The translations under genes were made by a program, and so were the position numbers. Of a DNA stretch of 64,000 nucleotides, positions 10,345 through 21,716 are shown piece after piece. Numbering within the stretch: the stretch's first letter is position 1; every line of letters starts with the position of its first letter. This DNA comes from an uncultured Mycoplasmatota bacterium (GTDB lineage: Bacteria > Bacillota_I > Bacilli_A > RF39 > UBA660): assembly GCA_947166445.1 (NCBI GenBank), contig CAMVED010000001.1:28368-92367 (forward strand). The letters run 5' to 3'. The notes under the pieces are model-generated. The model was given only the letters and a program-made list of their open reading frames with translations, did not search any database and was not told where the DNA came from.

Positions 10345-11985
10345 CTATCTTATTTCAACAATATCATCACCAAAAACATTTTGAGCAACCTTTAAAACAT
10401 CAGAAACATTTTCGGTAGATTCATTGTCTATTATAACATCATTTTTAATATCATGTTCCATATATTCATATTTTTTACCAGCCTTTACATCAGTTACATA
10501 CTTATTTTTAAGTTTATTCCACTCATCAGTATGAACAAAAGCAATATTATAAGATTTACCCATGACTAAATTAAATAAAAGTTCAAGTTTAGTAATATTA
10601 TTATTACCATTATCAACAATAGAATCATAATCAGCAGAAATAATAACATCCTCCTTACCAACCACCTGAACAGTTGAATCTAAAAAATAAGAAACCAAAG
10701 CAGAAAATTCTTTATTATGAACATAATCATAAAATCCCTTCCACTTATTAACAATATCATTCTTTAATTCCTTATTAGCAAGAGCAAATGCATTATTCAC
10801 AACAATATCAAAGTCTTTTCGTTTTTTCACAAATGTTTGTTTGTTATCATTAACATCAGTATTAACATTTCTAAAAGACTTACTAACATTTAAATCATTA
10901 ATAGAGCTAGAAATTATTTCCCGGGAAATAATTTCATCACTGTCTTCATTTTTTTCATTAGTAGAAATAGAATTAACAATCTTTAAAATTTCAATTTCAA
11001 AAAATAACATTTGATTAAAAGAATTGCGTAAACCATTATATATATAACTAACACCATCAATAATCTTCATAAAATCATCATCTGATATAATAATTTTATC
11101 TTTATTAACAGCAAGATTACGCATATAATTCAATAATTGTTCAGTAATTATTTCGATACTCTTCCCCGAATTAACTAATTTTTCCACAAAATCGAAAACA
11201 TTATTGATATCTCCACTACAAATATTAACAAAAAGTTCAGATATAATATCAGCATCAACAAGACCAACAACATCATAAAACAATTCCTCAGTAATAACAT
11301 TAGAATAAGATAACAATTTATCTAAAAGACCAATAGAATCACGCATACCACCATTACAATAAGAAGCAATTAGAGACAAAACATTAATATCAGCATCAAT
11401 ACCCTCATTATTACAAATATTAGATAAACATTCTACAATATCTTGAACACCAATACGTTTAAAATCATAGCATTGACACCTAGAAATAATAGTCTCAGGC
11501 ACTTTATTAATTTCAGTAGTAGCCAAAATAAAAATAACATGTTCTGGAGGTTCTTCTAAAGTTTTTAACAAAGCATTAAAAGCACTTGTAGAAAGCATAT
11601 GAACTTCATCAATAATATAAACTTTATATTTTGAAACACTTGGCATTAAAACAACACTATCACGAATAGTTCTAATTTCATCAACACCATTATTCGAAGC
11701 AGCATCTATTTCAATAATATCAGGGTTACTCCTATTATTAATAAGCTTACAACTATCACATTCATCACATGGATCAAAGCCATTTAGTTTAGAGCAATTA
11801 ACAATTTTAGAGAGCAACTTAGCAATAGTAGTCTTACCTGTACCCCTAGGACCTGAAAATAAATAAGCATGCATAAATCTATTATTAGAAATAGAATTTT
11901 TAACAATTTGAACAATATATTTTTGTCCATAAATCTCATCCAATTTTTTAGGACGATATTTACGATATAAAGCAACATATTCCAT
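10345..11985 (-). CDS. dnaX: DNA polymerase III subunit tau/gamma
   Basis: Walker A GPRGTGKTT, clamp-loader motifs, C4 Zn module CDECDSC. Length 546 aa. Confidence 0.95.
   Translation of the reverse strand: MEYVALYRKYRPKKLDEIYGQKYIVQIVKNSISNNRFMHAYLFSGPRGTGKTTIAKLLSKIVNCSKLNGFDPCDECDSCKLINNRSNPDIIEIDAASNNGVDEIRTIRDSVVLMPSVSKYKVYIIDEVHMLSTSAFNALLKTLEEPPEHVIFILATTEINKVPETIISRCQCYDFKRIGVQDIVECLSNICNNEGIDADINVLSLIASYCNGGMRDSIGLLDKLLSYSNVITEELFYDVVGLVDADIISELFVNICSGDINNVFDFVEKLVNSGKSIEIITEQLLNYMRNLAVNKDKIIISDDDFMKIIDGVSYIYNGLRNSFNQMLFFEIEILKIVNSISTNEKNEDSDEIISREIISSSINDLNVSKSFRNVNTDVNDNKQTFVKKRKDFDIVVNNAFALANKELKNDIVNKWKGFYDYVHNKEFSALVSYFLDSTVQVVGKEDVIISADYDSIVDNGNNNITKLELLFNLVMGKSYNIAFVHTDEWNKLKNKYVTDVKAGKKYEYMEHDIKNDVIIDNESTENVSDVLKVAQNVFGDDIVEIR
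10914..10931. promoter_or_regulatory. Noc-binding-site (NBS)-like palindrome TTATTTCCCGGGAAATAA, extended to a 24-bp perfect palindrome, inside the dnaX CDS
   Basis: Contains TATTTCCCGGGAAATA, the B. subtilis NBS consensus. CCCGGG is rare in this AT-rich DNA. The sequence encodes EIISREII. Confidence 0.6.
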
Positions 11986-12080
11986 ACCATCACGCTCCCT
12001 ACAAAAGATATAAAATATTATAACACAGAGACATTATTAATCAAACACAAATCAATTCAAATCAAAATATTTTTTAAACA

Positions 12081-12098
12081 ATGTTTCACGTGAAACAT
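12081..12098. promoter_or_regulatory. parS site 1 (ATGTTTCACGTGAAACAT)
   Basis: Perfect match to the 16-bp palindromic parS consensus TGTTTCACGTGAAACA. Confidence 0.85.
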
Positions 12099-12110
12099 AA
12101 ACCAATAAAA

Positions 12111-12130
12111 ATTATTTCCCGGGAAATAAT
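12111..12130. promoter_or_regulatory. NBS-like palindrome ATTATTTCCCGGGAAATAAT
   Basis: 20-bp perfect palindrome containing TATTTCCCGGGAAATA. Sits 13 bp from parS site 1. Confidence 0.6.
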
Positions 12131-12196
12131 CAAAGTAAAAAAAATGTATTACTGATACATTTTCAACAACATACAATAATATTTCACAAAAAAACA

Positions 12197-12214
12197 ATGT
12201 TTCACGTGAAACAT
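12197..12214. promoter_or_regulatory. parS site 2
   Basis: Perfect ATGTTTCACGTGAAACAT. Confidence 0.85.
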
Positions 12215-12374
12215 AGTAAAATTAATTTTAACAAAACAAAAAAAGACATATATAATCCAACAAAAACAACAAGCACAAAACAACCATGAATTAAAATAAT
12301 TAAAACAAATTATTTTAATATTAAACACATAAAAAATACTTATTAACAAAAACAACATTAAATTATAAAAATCT

Positions 12375-12392
12375 ATGTTTCACGTGAAACAT
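12375..12392. promoter_or_regulatory. parS site 3
   Basis: Perfect ATGTTTCACGTGAAACAT. Confidence 0.85.
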
Positions 12393-12546
12393 ATTAAAAC
12401 AAAATAATAATATATAATAATAAATACTATAAAACTAATTATTGACTAATATTATACACAATTACAAAAAAAAATAGTTATCATCAAAATTTCAAACAAA
12501 GAGGAAACTTATTAACAATAAATAATATATTTAATTACCAAACTAT

Positions 12547-12564
12547 ATGTTTCACGTGAAACAT
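12547..12564. promoter_or_regulatory. parS site 4
   Basis: Perfect copy, immediately 3' of the tadA stop codon. Confidence 0.85.
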
Positions 12565-12565
12565 A

Positions 12566-13021
12566 TTAAAAACAATTATCATCCAATGTTTCACGTGAAA
12601 CATTAAAAGATCTAACATTTCTAAAAAAATCAGACAATAATTCATTATATTGATAAAAATCATTAAGTTTTTCATAATTAATACTAGAAATATTAACATT
12701 CAAATTATCAGAATAATTTGAATCTAATAAATATATAACTTTTTTAATTCTAGATTCACCAATAGCAGCTTCACACATCCTACATGGTTTTAAAGTAACA
12801 TACATAACACAATCATCTAAATACCAAGAACCTACTATCTTACATGCATCTATAATACACAATAATTCAGCATGATAAATAGAAACATTATCAGAATTTT
12901 TTCTATTATGATTTGCAGATAAAATCTTATTATTTTTAACAATAACTGCACCGACAGGAACATTTCCTTCATTATAAGCAATTATCGCCTCTTTTACAGC
13001 AGCATCCATAAAACTATTCAT
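12566..13021 (-). CDS. tadA: tRNA-specific adenosine deaminase
   Basis: CDA fold motifs HAELLCI and PCRMCEAAI. Length 151 aa. tadA lies near dnaX, as in Bacillus. Confidence 0.85.
   Translation of the reverse strand: MNSFMDAAVKEAIIAYNEGNVPVGAVIVKNNKILSANHNRKNSDNVSIYHAELLCIIDACKIVGSWYLDDCVMYVTLKPCRMCEAAIGESRIKKVIYLLDSNYSDNLNVNISSINYEKLNDFYQYNELLSDFFRNVRSFNVSRETLDDNCF
12586..12603. promoter_or_regulatory. parS site 5 (inside the 3' end of the tadA ORF, encoding NVSRET)
   Basis: Perfect copy. Confidence 0.85.
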
Positions 13022-13032
13022 AAAATCACCCC

Positions 13033-13050
13033 ATGTTTCACGTGAAACAT
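13033..13050. promoter_or_regulatory. parS site 6
   Basis: Perfect copy, 12 bp upstream of the tadA start. Confidence 0.85.
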
Positions 13051-13074
13051 ATATAAAAGATATATTAACATTCT

Positions 13075-13092
13075 ATGTTTCACGTGAAACAT
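13075..13092. promoter_or_regulatory. parS site 7
   Basis: Perfect copy. Confidence 0.85.
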
Positions 13093-13120
13093 AGAATAAA
13101 TAAATACTAATAAATAAAAA

Positions 13121-13205
13121 GTGCACACACATAGAGGATTTTAAGGCTGCTATCTTCCGATCCTGACCTAGTTCAACCATATGTGTTGCACAAATAGATA
13201 ATACA
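13121..13205 (-). ncRNA. ffs: Signal recognition particle RNA, short 4.5S type
   Basis: The - strand reads ..GGUCAGGAUCGGAAGAUAGCAGCC.., the conserved SRP domain IV motif. A terminal stem GUGCAACACAUA/UAUGUGUGUGCAC is followed by a U-run. A TTGACT-N17-TATTAT promoter on the - strand sits at 13236..13208, with the -35 hexamer at 13231..13236 and the -10 hexamer at 13208..13213. Confidence 0.75.
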
Positions 13206-13252
13206 ACAATACAAAAATAAAGTCAATACAAATATATAATTAATGTTTCACG

Positions 13253-13270
13253 TGAAACATATAGTATAAG
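13253..13270. promoter_or_regulatory. parS site 8
   Basis: Perfect copy, upstream of the SRP RNA promoter. Confidence 0.85.
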
Positions 13271-13310
13271 TTTAAAAAAGTGTGATTTAAATACATTTTT
13301 AAGAATTACA

Positions 13311-13328
13311 TTATTTCCCGGGAAATAT
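13311..13328. promoter_or_regulatory. NBS-like palindrome TTATTTCCCGGGAAATAT, about 50 bp downstream of the gyrA stop
   Basis: Contains TATTTCCCGGGAAATA. It could also act as a weak gyrA terminator hairpin. Confidence 0.5.
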
Positions 13329-13375
13329 TTTTTGAATAATAAAACTTATTAACAAAAAAGAGCAATGCATAAACA

Positions 13376-15844
13376 TTACTCATTTACAATTTCATCATTG
13401 TTAACAGAAGTTACTTCAGAATCATCTTCATTCTTTTCAGTTATAGTAACAGAAGTAACAAATTGATTATCTCTTAAATTCATAAGTCTCACACCTTGAG
13501 TATTTCTTCTCAAAGTAGAAATTTTGCTAACATCAAGTCTAATAATAGTACCCTCATCAGTAGTAATAATAATATCTTCATAACCAATAACAGATTTAAA
13601 TGCTACAATTAAACCATTTTTATCAGTAATATTAAGAGCTTTAACACCTTTTCCACCACGATGAGTTAATCGATATTCTTCAATATCTGTCTTCTTACCA
13701 TAACCCTTTTCAGTTACAACAAGTATTAATTCAGACTTATTAACAACTTCAGCACCGATCAATTTGGCATCAGCCATGTCAATGCCTCTTACACCAGAAG
13801 CACTTCTACCCATAATTCTAACTTCATTTTCATTAAATCTAACCATTCTACCAATATTTGAAGCCATAATAACCTCATTTTCACCAGTAGTCTTTTTAAC
13901 ACTAGTAAGCATATCACCTTCTTTTAAAGTAATAGCAATTTTACCAGACTTACGGATAGAATCAAATTCAGAAATATCTGTTCTCTTAACTAAACCATTT
14001 CTAGTAAAGAACATCAAATATTTAGCATCATCATCCTTAGCTACAGGAATAATAGTATTAACAATCTCATCTTTTTCCAAAGGTAAGATATTAACAATAG
14101 GAACCCCTTTAGATTGCCTACTAAACTCAGGAATCTCATATCCCTTAACACGATATACTTTACCTAAATTACTAAAGAACAATAAATTATCGTGAGTATC
14201 ACAAGTTATTAACATTTCAACATAATCTTCATCATTAGTAGACATCCCTTTAACACCTACACCACCACGATTTTGACTACGATATGTATCAGCGATCAAA
14301 CGTTTGATATATCCCCTTTTAGTCATTGATATTACTACATTATCATTAGGAATCAAAGACTCATCATCAATATAATCAATAGCAGTCATATCAATATCAG
14401 TACGTCTTTCATCACCATATTTATTCTTAATTTCAAGAAGTTCGTCCTTAATAATACCTAGAACCTTTTCTTCTGAAGCAAGAATAGCTTTATATTCTGC
14501 AATCTTTTCAAGAAGTTCAGCAAGTTCATTCTCAATCTTTTCACGTTCCAAACCAGTAAGTCTTCTAAGTCTCATTTCTAGAATAGCATTAGCTTGAACT
14601 TCAGTAAGACCAAATTTATTCATTAAACCAGTACGAGCTACATCATCATCTTGTGCCGCCCTAATAAGTTTAATAACTTCATCAATATTATCAAGAGCAA
14701 TCTTTAAACCTTCTAAAATATGAACTCTCTTTTCAGCTTTATCAAGATCAAATCTAGTTCTTCGAATAATAATTTCCTTTTGAAAATCAATATATTTAGA
14801 AATAATATCCTTAAGTCCTAAACTCTTAGGAACACCTTGATCAAGCATTAAAAAGTTAATACCATAATTAGTTTGAAATTGTGTATGTTTATATAAATTA
14901 TTTAAAACAATTTGAGGATTAGCATCCCTTTTCAAAGTTATAGTAATCTTAATACCATTTTTCAAATCAGTATGATAATCAGAAATACCATCAATAACCT
15001 TGTTATGAACAAGTTCAGCAACCTTATTTTTAAGTTCAGAAGTATTAACACCATAAGGAACCTCATCTATAACAATATAATTCTTACCATTTTTTTCCTC
15101 AATAGTAGCCCTACTTCTAATAGTTATAGAACCTCTACCAGTTTCATATGCCTTACGAATACCACTATTACCAAGAATAATAGCACCAGTAGGAAAATCA
15201 GGTCCCTTAACATACTTCATTAATTCATCTAAAGTAACATCAGGATTATCAATATAAGCAACACATCCATCAATAACCTCACTCAAATTATGTGGAGGTA
15301 TATTAGTAGCCATTCCAACAGCAATACCCATAGTACCATTAACCAAAATATTAGGAAACCTACTAGGTAAAATACTAGGTTCTTGCTCAGATTCATCAAA
15401 ATTAGGCTCAAAATCAACTGTATTCTTATTAATATCACGTAAAAGTTCTAATGACATTCTAGAAAGACGAGATTCAGTGTAACGCATCGCAGCAGCACCA
15501 TAACCTTCGATATTACCAAAGTTACCGTGACCATCCACAAGCATATAACGATAATTGAAATCTTGTGCCATCCTAACCATTGCTTCATAAATTGAACTAT
15601 CACCATGAGGATGATATTTCCCCATAACATCCCCAACAATTCTAGCACTCTTCTTATGAGGTTTATCAGGAGTATAACCAGATTCATACATAGAATACAA
15701 AATTCTACGGTGAACAGGTTTAAGTCCATCCCTTAAATCAGGAAGAGCACGAGAAACTATAACACTCATTGAATATTCTAGGAAAGATGTTTCAATTTCA
15801 TTTACTATATTGTTTTCTTCTAATCTATCTCTACTATGATCCAT
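13376..15844 (-). CDS. gyrA: DNA gyrase subunit A
   Basis: Length 822 aa. N-terminal [17 protein letters not shown]. Confidence 0.97.
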   Translation of the reverse strand: MDHSRDRLEENNIVNEIETSFLEYSMSVIVSRALPDLRDGLKPVHRRILYSMYESGYTPDKPHKKSARIVGDVMGKYHPHGDSSIYEAMVRMAQDFNYRYMLVDGHGNFGNIEGYGAAAMRYTESRLSRMSLELLRDINKNTVDFEPNFDESEQEPSILPSRFPNILVNGTMGIAVGMATNIPPHNLSEVIDGCVAYIDNPDVTLDELMKYVKGPDFPTGAIILGNSGIRKAYETGRGSITIRSRATIEEKNGKNYIVIDEVPYGVNTSELKNKVAELVHNKVIDGISDYHTDLKNGIKITITLKRDANPQIVLNNLYKHTQFQTNYGINFLMLDQGVPKSLGLKDIISKYIDFQKEIIIRRTRFDLDKAEKRVHILEGLKIALDNIDEVIKLIRAAQDDDVARTGLMNKFGLTEVQANAILEMRLRRLTGLEREKIENELAELLEKIAEYKAILASEEKVLGIIKDELLEIKNKYGDERRTDIDMTAIDYIDDESLIPNDNVVISMTKRGYIKRLIADTYRSQNRGGVGVKGMSTNDEDYVEMLITCDTHDNLLFFSNLGKVYRVKGYEIPEFSRQSKGVPIVNILPLEKDEIVNTIIPVAKDDDAKYLMFFTRNGLVKRTDISEFDSIRKSGKIAITLKEGDMLTSVKKTTGENEVIMASNIGRMVRFNENEVRIMGRSASGVRGIDMADAKLIGAEVVNKSELILVVTEKGYGKKTDIEEYRLTHRGGKGVKALNITDKNGLIVAFKSVIGYEDIIITTDEGTIIRLDVSKISTLRRNTQGVRLMNLRDNQFVTSVTITEKNEDDSEVTSVNNDEIVNE

Positions 15845-15855
15845 AATCTAACCTC

Positions 15856-18872
<3,017 letters not shown>

Positions 18873-18945
18873 ATTTAAAATTTAGATTTAAAAGCCTCAA
18901 ATTCGCACCAACTCCCAAAACTAGTACTCCAGTACTTACTATTAC

Positions 18946-18982
18946 ATTATATCACAAAAAAGGCATAAAAAAAACGATTTTT
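18946..18982. repeat. 37-bp direct repeat copy A (ATTATATCACAAAAAAGGCATAAAAAAAACGATTTTT) with terminator-like hairpin
   Basis: Identical copy at 19810..19846. Each copy is followed by an AAACGAT..ATCGTTT hairpin with flanking A and T runs. Confidence 0.7.
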
Positions 18983-19010
18983 ACACATTTAATCGCTTTT
19001 TTTACTATTT

Positions 19011-19784
19011 TTATCTCACTATTCTATTAGAATCATAATTCTCCAAATCTCTTGTCTTAACTAGATCACATAAAACACAATCACCATCTCTTGCAGAATT
19101 TTCTAAAGCTGAAAGATTTAAATTTTCATAAACACGAGATTGTTTATTATTTTTAATATACTCTTGCACTTGTCCTTCAACACCATAACCTTTTAAACGC
19201 ATAGAATAACCTAGATTATCTAAAGATTGCATAAAATCAGAAAACTTAACATAACCAGAAACTTTAGAATTAAGAAGATTTATAACATTTTCATTAGGTG
19301 AAAGCAGTGTTTCTGTAGGACGTGGGCTAAAAGATACTTTAACTATTGTATCTTTTAAAAGTCTCGAAGTATCATCGTTAATAACATTATATTGATTATC
19401 AACAATATGAATAAATTTTATAGAACCAGTTAAATTTATAGCACCAACAACTCCATTATTAATCAATGCATTAGATAGATATTCCATTTTATTAACAAAA
19501 TTAACATTAGAATTAGCTTCTGATATAATATCATCCACATCTCTTTTATCATAAAATGCAACACTTTTTCCGTCTCCTAGCACAACATACCTTTTAATTT
19601 CTTGACTTTTTACTTCTTCATCATTAATTTTTTCTATTTTTTTCACATTATTATCTTCTATTCTAACAGAATTACCATTCATAGTCTTTATACTATCTGC
19701 TAAATCTTGTTTACTTATTAAACCATCATTATACATTTCAAATAGTATATCCATTTTTTCTTTACTTAACATATAACACCTCAC
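19011..19784 (-). CDS. Hypothetical protein (257 aa) between recF and comK-like
   Basis: Intact ORF. No family recognised. Bracketed by the 37-bp direct repeats. Confidence 0.4.
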   Translation of the reverse strand: MRCYMLSKEKMDILFEMYNDGLISKQDLADSIKTMNGNSVRIEDNNVKKIEKINDEEVKSQEIKRYVVLGDGKSVAFYDKRDVDDIISEANSNVNFVNKMEYLSNALINNGVVGAINLTGSIKFIHIVDNQYNVINDDTSRLLKDTIVKVSFSPRPTETLLSPNENVINLLNSKVSGYVKFSDFMQSLDNLGYSMRLKGYGVEGQVQEYIKNNKQSRVYENLNLSALENSARDGDCVLCDLVKTRDLENYDSNRIVR

Positions 19785-19809
19785 ATAAAATGAATTATTT
19801 TCAAAACAA

Positions 19810-19846
19810 ATTATATCACAAAAAAGGCATAAAAAAAACGATTTTT
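19810..19846. repeat. 37-bp direct repeat copy B
   Basis: Identical to 18946..18982. Confidence 0.7.
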
Positions 19847-20307
19847 TAAAGTTTATCGTTTTTTTTATTACTTTTCCTGTTATTAGAAATAGATTCCAAC
19901 ATATTACACCTAAAAATCTGATTTTTTACTGAAAAATAAGGACAATCTACAATAACAGAATCACCATTATTAAAAACAATTTTAGATTTTTTATTATGTT
20001 TTTCTACATTTCTAATATTCTTATACGAAATCCAACCAACATTTTCAGATGCAAGAGCTTCTGTAGGAAAAAAAATAAGCTTTTGAGTTTCCTCAACAAT
20101 AACAGGAATCTTATAAACACTACCTAAAATGCTTTTTGAGCCTACTACTCTACCATCAAAACTACTTCCAAAATAATTACAACTATGTTCCATTACCTCA
20201 TATGGAGTATCATTAATAATATATTCATCATTTTTTTCGATAACTCTAGTCTTATTTTTATCAAATGGAAGAATAGCTAATGTTTCATCATTAATCTCAT
20301 ATTTCAT
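19846..20307 (-). CDS. comK: ComK-family competence transcription factor
   Basis: Aligns to B. subtilis ComK: YE.N..T.A.LP, R.IEK, SC.FFGSS, IFFPT, GWIS, FNNG. Likely start ATG at 20307 with RBS AGGGGGTGA. The listed ORF extends upstream to 20430. Confidence 0.75.
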   Translation of the reverse strand: MKYEINDETLAILPFDKNKTRVIEKNDEYIINDTPYEVMEHSCNYFGSSFDGRVVGSKSILGSVYKIPVIVEETQKLIFFPTEALASENVGWISYKNIRNVEKHNKKSKIVFNNGDSVIVDCPYFSVKNQIFRCNMLESISNNRKSNKKNDKL

Positions 20308-20454
20308 AATATCACCCCCTAAAAACAATTTTTGCAATTGCAAAAACCTTATACCACTATATAATGTCGAAAAAGATAGAAATTTGTAGAATTTATAGAA
20401 AAAATTGCAAAAAAAAAGAAATATTAACAATTATTGGTTAATATTTCTAATTTA

Positions 20455-21570
20455 TTAATAAGTTCTAATTGGTAAAATTAGAGAAACAAGATCATCATTA
20501 TCATCATTTTTTAACAAAATAGGTTTTATTTCACCAACAAATGTTAATATTACATCACTAGATTTTATAGTTTTAAGAGCATCCATCATATATTTAGCAC
20601 TAAAACTAATCTTTATTTCATCTGAACAATCAACATTCATCTTTTCTTCTACTTTACCTATTTCAAGTGACATAGATGTTACTTTCATAAGTTTATTCTT
20701 AATTTCAAGAGTAACAATATTATTATCATTATCATCATTTAATATGCTTGCCCTATCAACAACATTATAAAATTCATTAACATTAAGTTTTAATTCAAAT
20801 AAAGATTCAGTAGGAATTAAATTCTTAGTATTAGGATAAGTACCATTAATTAACCTAGATTGAAAAATAATATTATTAAATTTAAATATAATCTTATTAG
20901 AAAAGAAATGTAATTCAATTTCATCTTCAGAAAAAGATAAAAGTTTCATAAGTTCATTTAAATTCTTGCTTGGAATAATAATATCTATATCATTAGATAC
21001 CTTTTTAGAAAGTTTATATTTTCTAAGAGATAACCTATAAGAATCAGTAGCACTACATTCTAATAAATCATTATTTATCTTAATATTAACACCTGTAAGA
21101 ACAATTCTAGCTTCATCCATAGAACAAGCATAATTAGTTTGACTTATCATAGTTTTAAAATCAGAAATCTTCATATCAACAAAATCTGTTGATAAGTCTA
21201 AATTAATATCAGGATACTCTTTAGCATCAATTCCATTTAAACTAAATTCACTATTTTCTGTATAAATCATTATCTTATGATCATCAACAGTATCAATATT
21301 AATAAACTCAGAATCTAACTTTCTAATAATATCAAGAATATATTTACCTTTAATTACAATACTTCCTGTATTATCAATAATTAAATTATCACTTTTTTCA
21401 ATAAATGTTTGAATAGTAATATCATTATCAGATGCAGTAATTACTAACTTATCCTTTAATAAATCAAATTTTATTCCAGAAAGTATTGGTATAATATTTT
21501 TTGTAGAGATAGCTTTAGAAACATTATTTAAAGCTTCTAATAATAAAGTTCTTTTAATTTTTAATTTCAT
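20455..21570 (-). CDS. dnaN: DNA polymerase III beta sliding clamp
   Basis: Length 371 aa. Sits next to dnaA. Confidence 0.95.
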   Translation of the reverse strand: MKLKIKRTLLLEALNNVSKAISTKNIIPILSGIKFDLLKDKLVITASDNDITIQTFIEKSDNLIIDNTGSIVIKGKYILDIIRKLDSEFINIDTVDDHKIMIYTENSEFSLNGIDAKEYPDINLDLSTDFVDMKISDFKTMISQTNYACSMDEARIVLTGVNIKINNDLLECSATDSYRLSLRKYKLSKKVSNDIDIIIPSKNLNELMKLLSFSEDEIELHFFSNKIIFKFNNIIFQSRLINGTYPNTKNLIPTESLFELKLNVNEFYNVVDRASILNDDNDNNIVTLEIKNKLMKVTSMSLEIGKVEEKMNVDCSDEIKISFSAKYMMDALKTIKSSDVILTFVGEIKPILLKNDDNDDLVSLILPIRTY

Positions 21571-21587
21571 TTTAATTCCTTCTTTCT

Positions 21588-21716
21588 TATTTTTATTTTT
21601 ATTTTTATAGTATTTATAATAATACTGTTAACAGTGTTAATAACTATTAAAAATCATATATACCAAGGAAAAAATCAGTTTTTAAATGTTAATAATTGTT
21701 AACAGTTTTAACAAAG
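21588..21716. other. oriC part 1 in the dnaA-dnaN spacer: AT-rich unwinding element (TTATTTTTA)x3 plus DnaA-box variants TGTTAATAA at 21635 and 21687
   Basis: Tandem TTATTTTTA at 21588..21610. GTTAAC and TGTTAATAA motifs sit between dnaA and dnaN, as in Bacillus oriC. Confidence 0.6.

Noticed and set aside
12149-12358. 69-aa ORF in the dnaX-tadA spacer
   Set aside because: Low-complexity translation of AT-rich DNA with no RBS. The region is occupied by parS and NBS palindromes, so this is treated as non-coding.
12081-13270. The 18-bp palindromes read as Rex/LexA-type operators, REP elements or intrinsic terminators
   Set aside because: The sequence is an exact match to the parS consensus TGTTTCACGTGAAACA. 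There is no consistent U-tract or gene-end positioning. Rex (TGTGAA-N6-TTCACA) and LexA (GAAC-N4-GTTC) half-sites do not fit.
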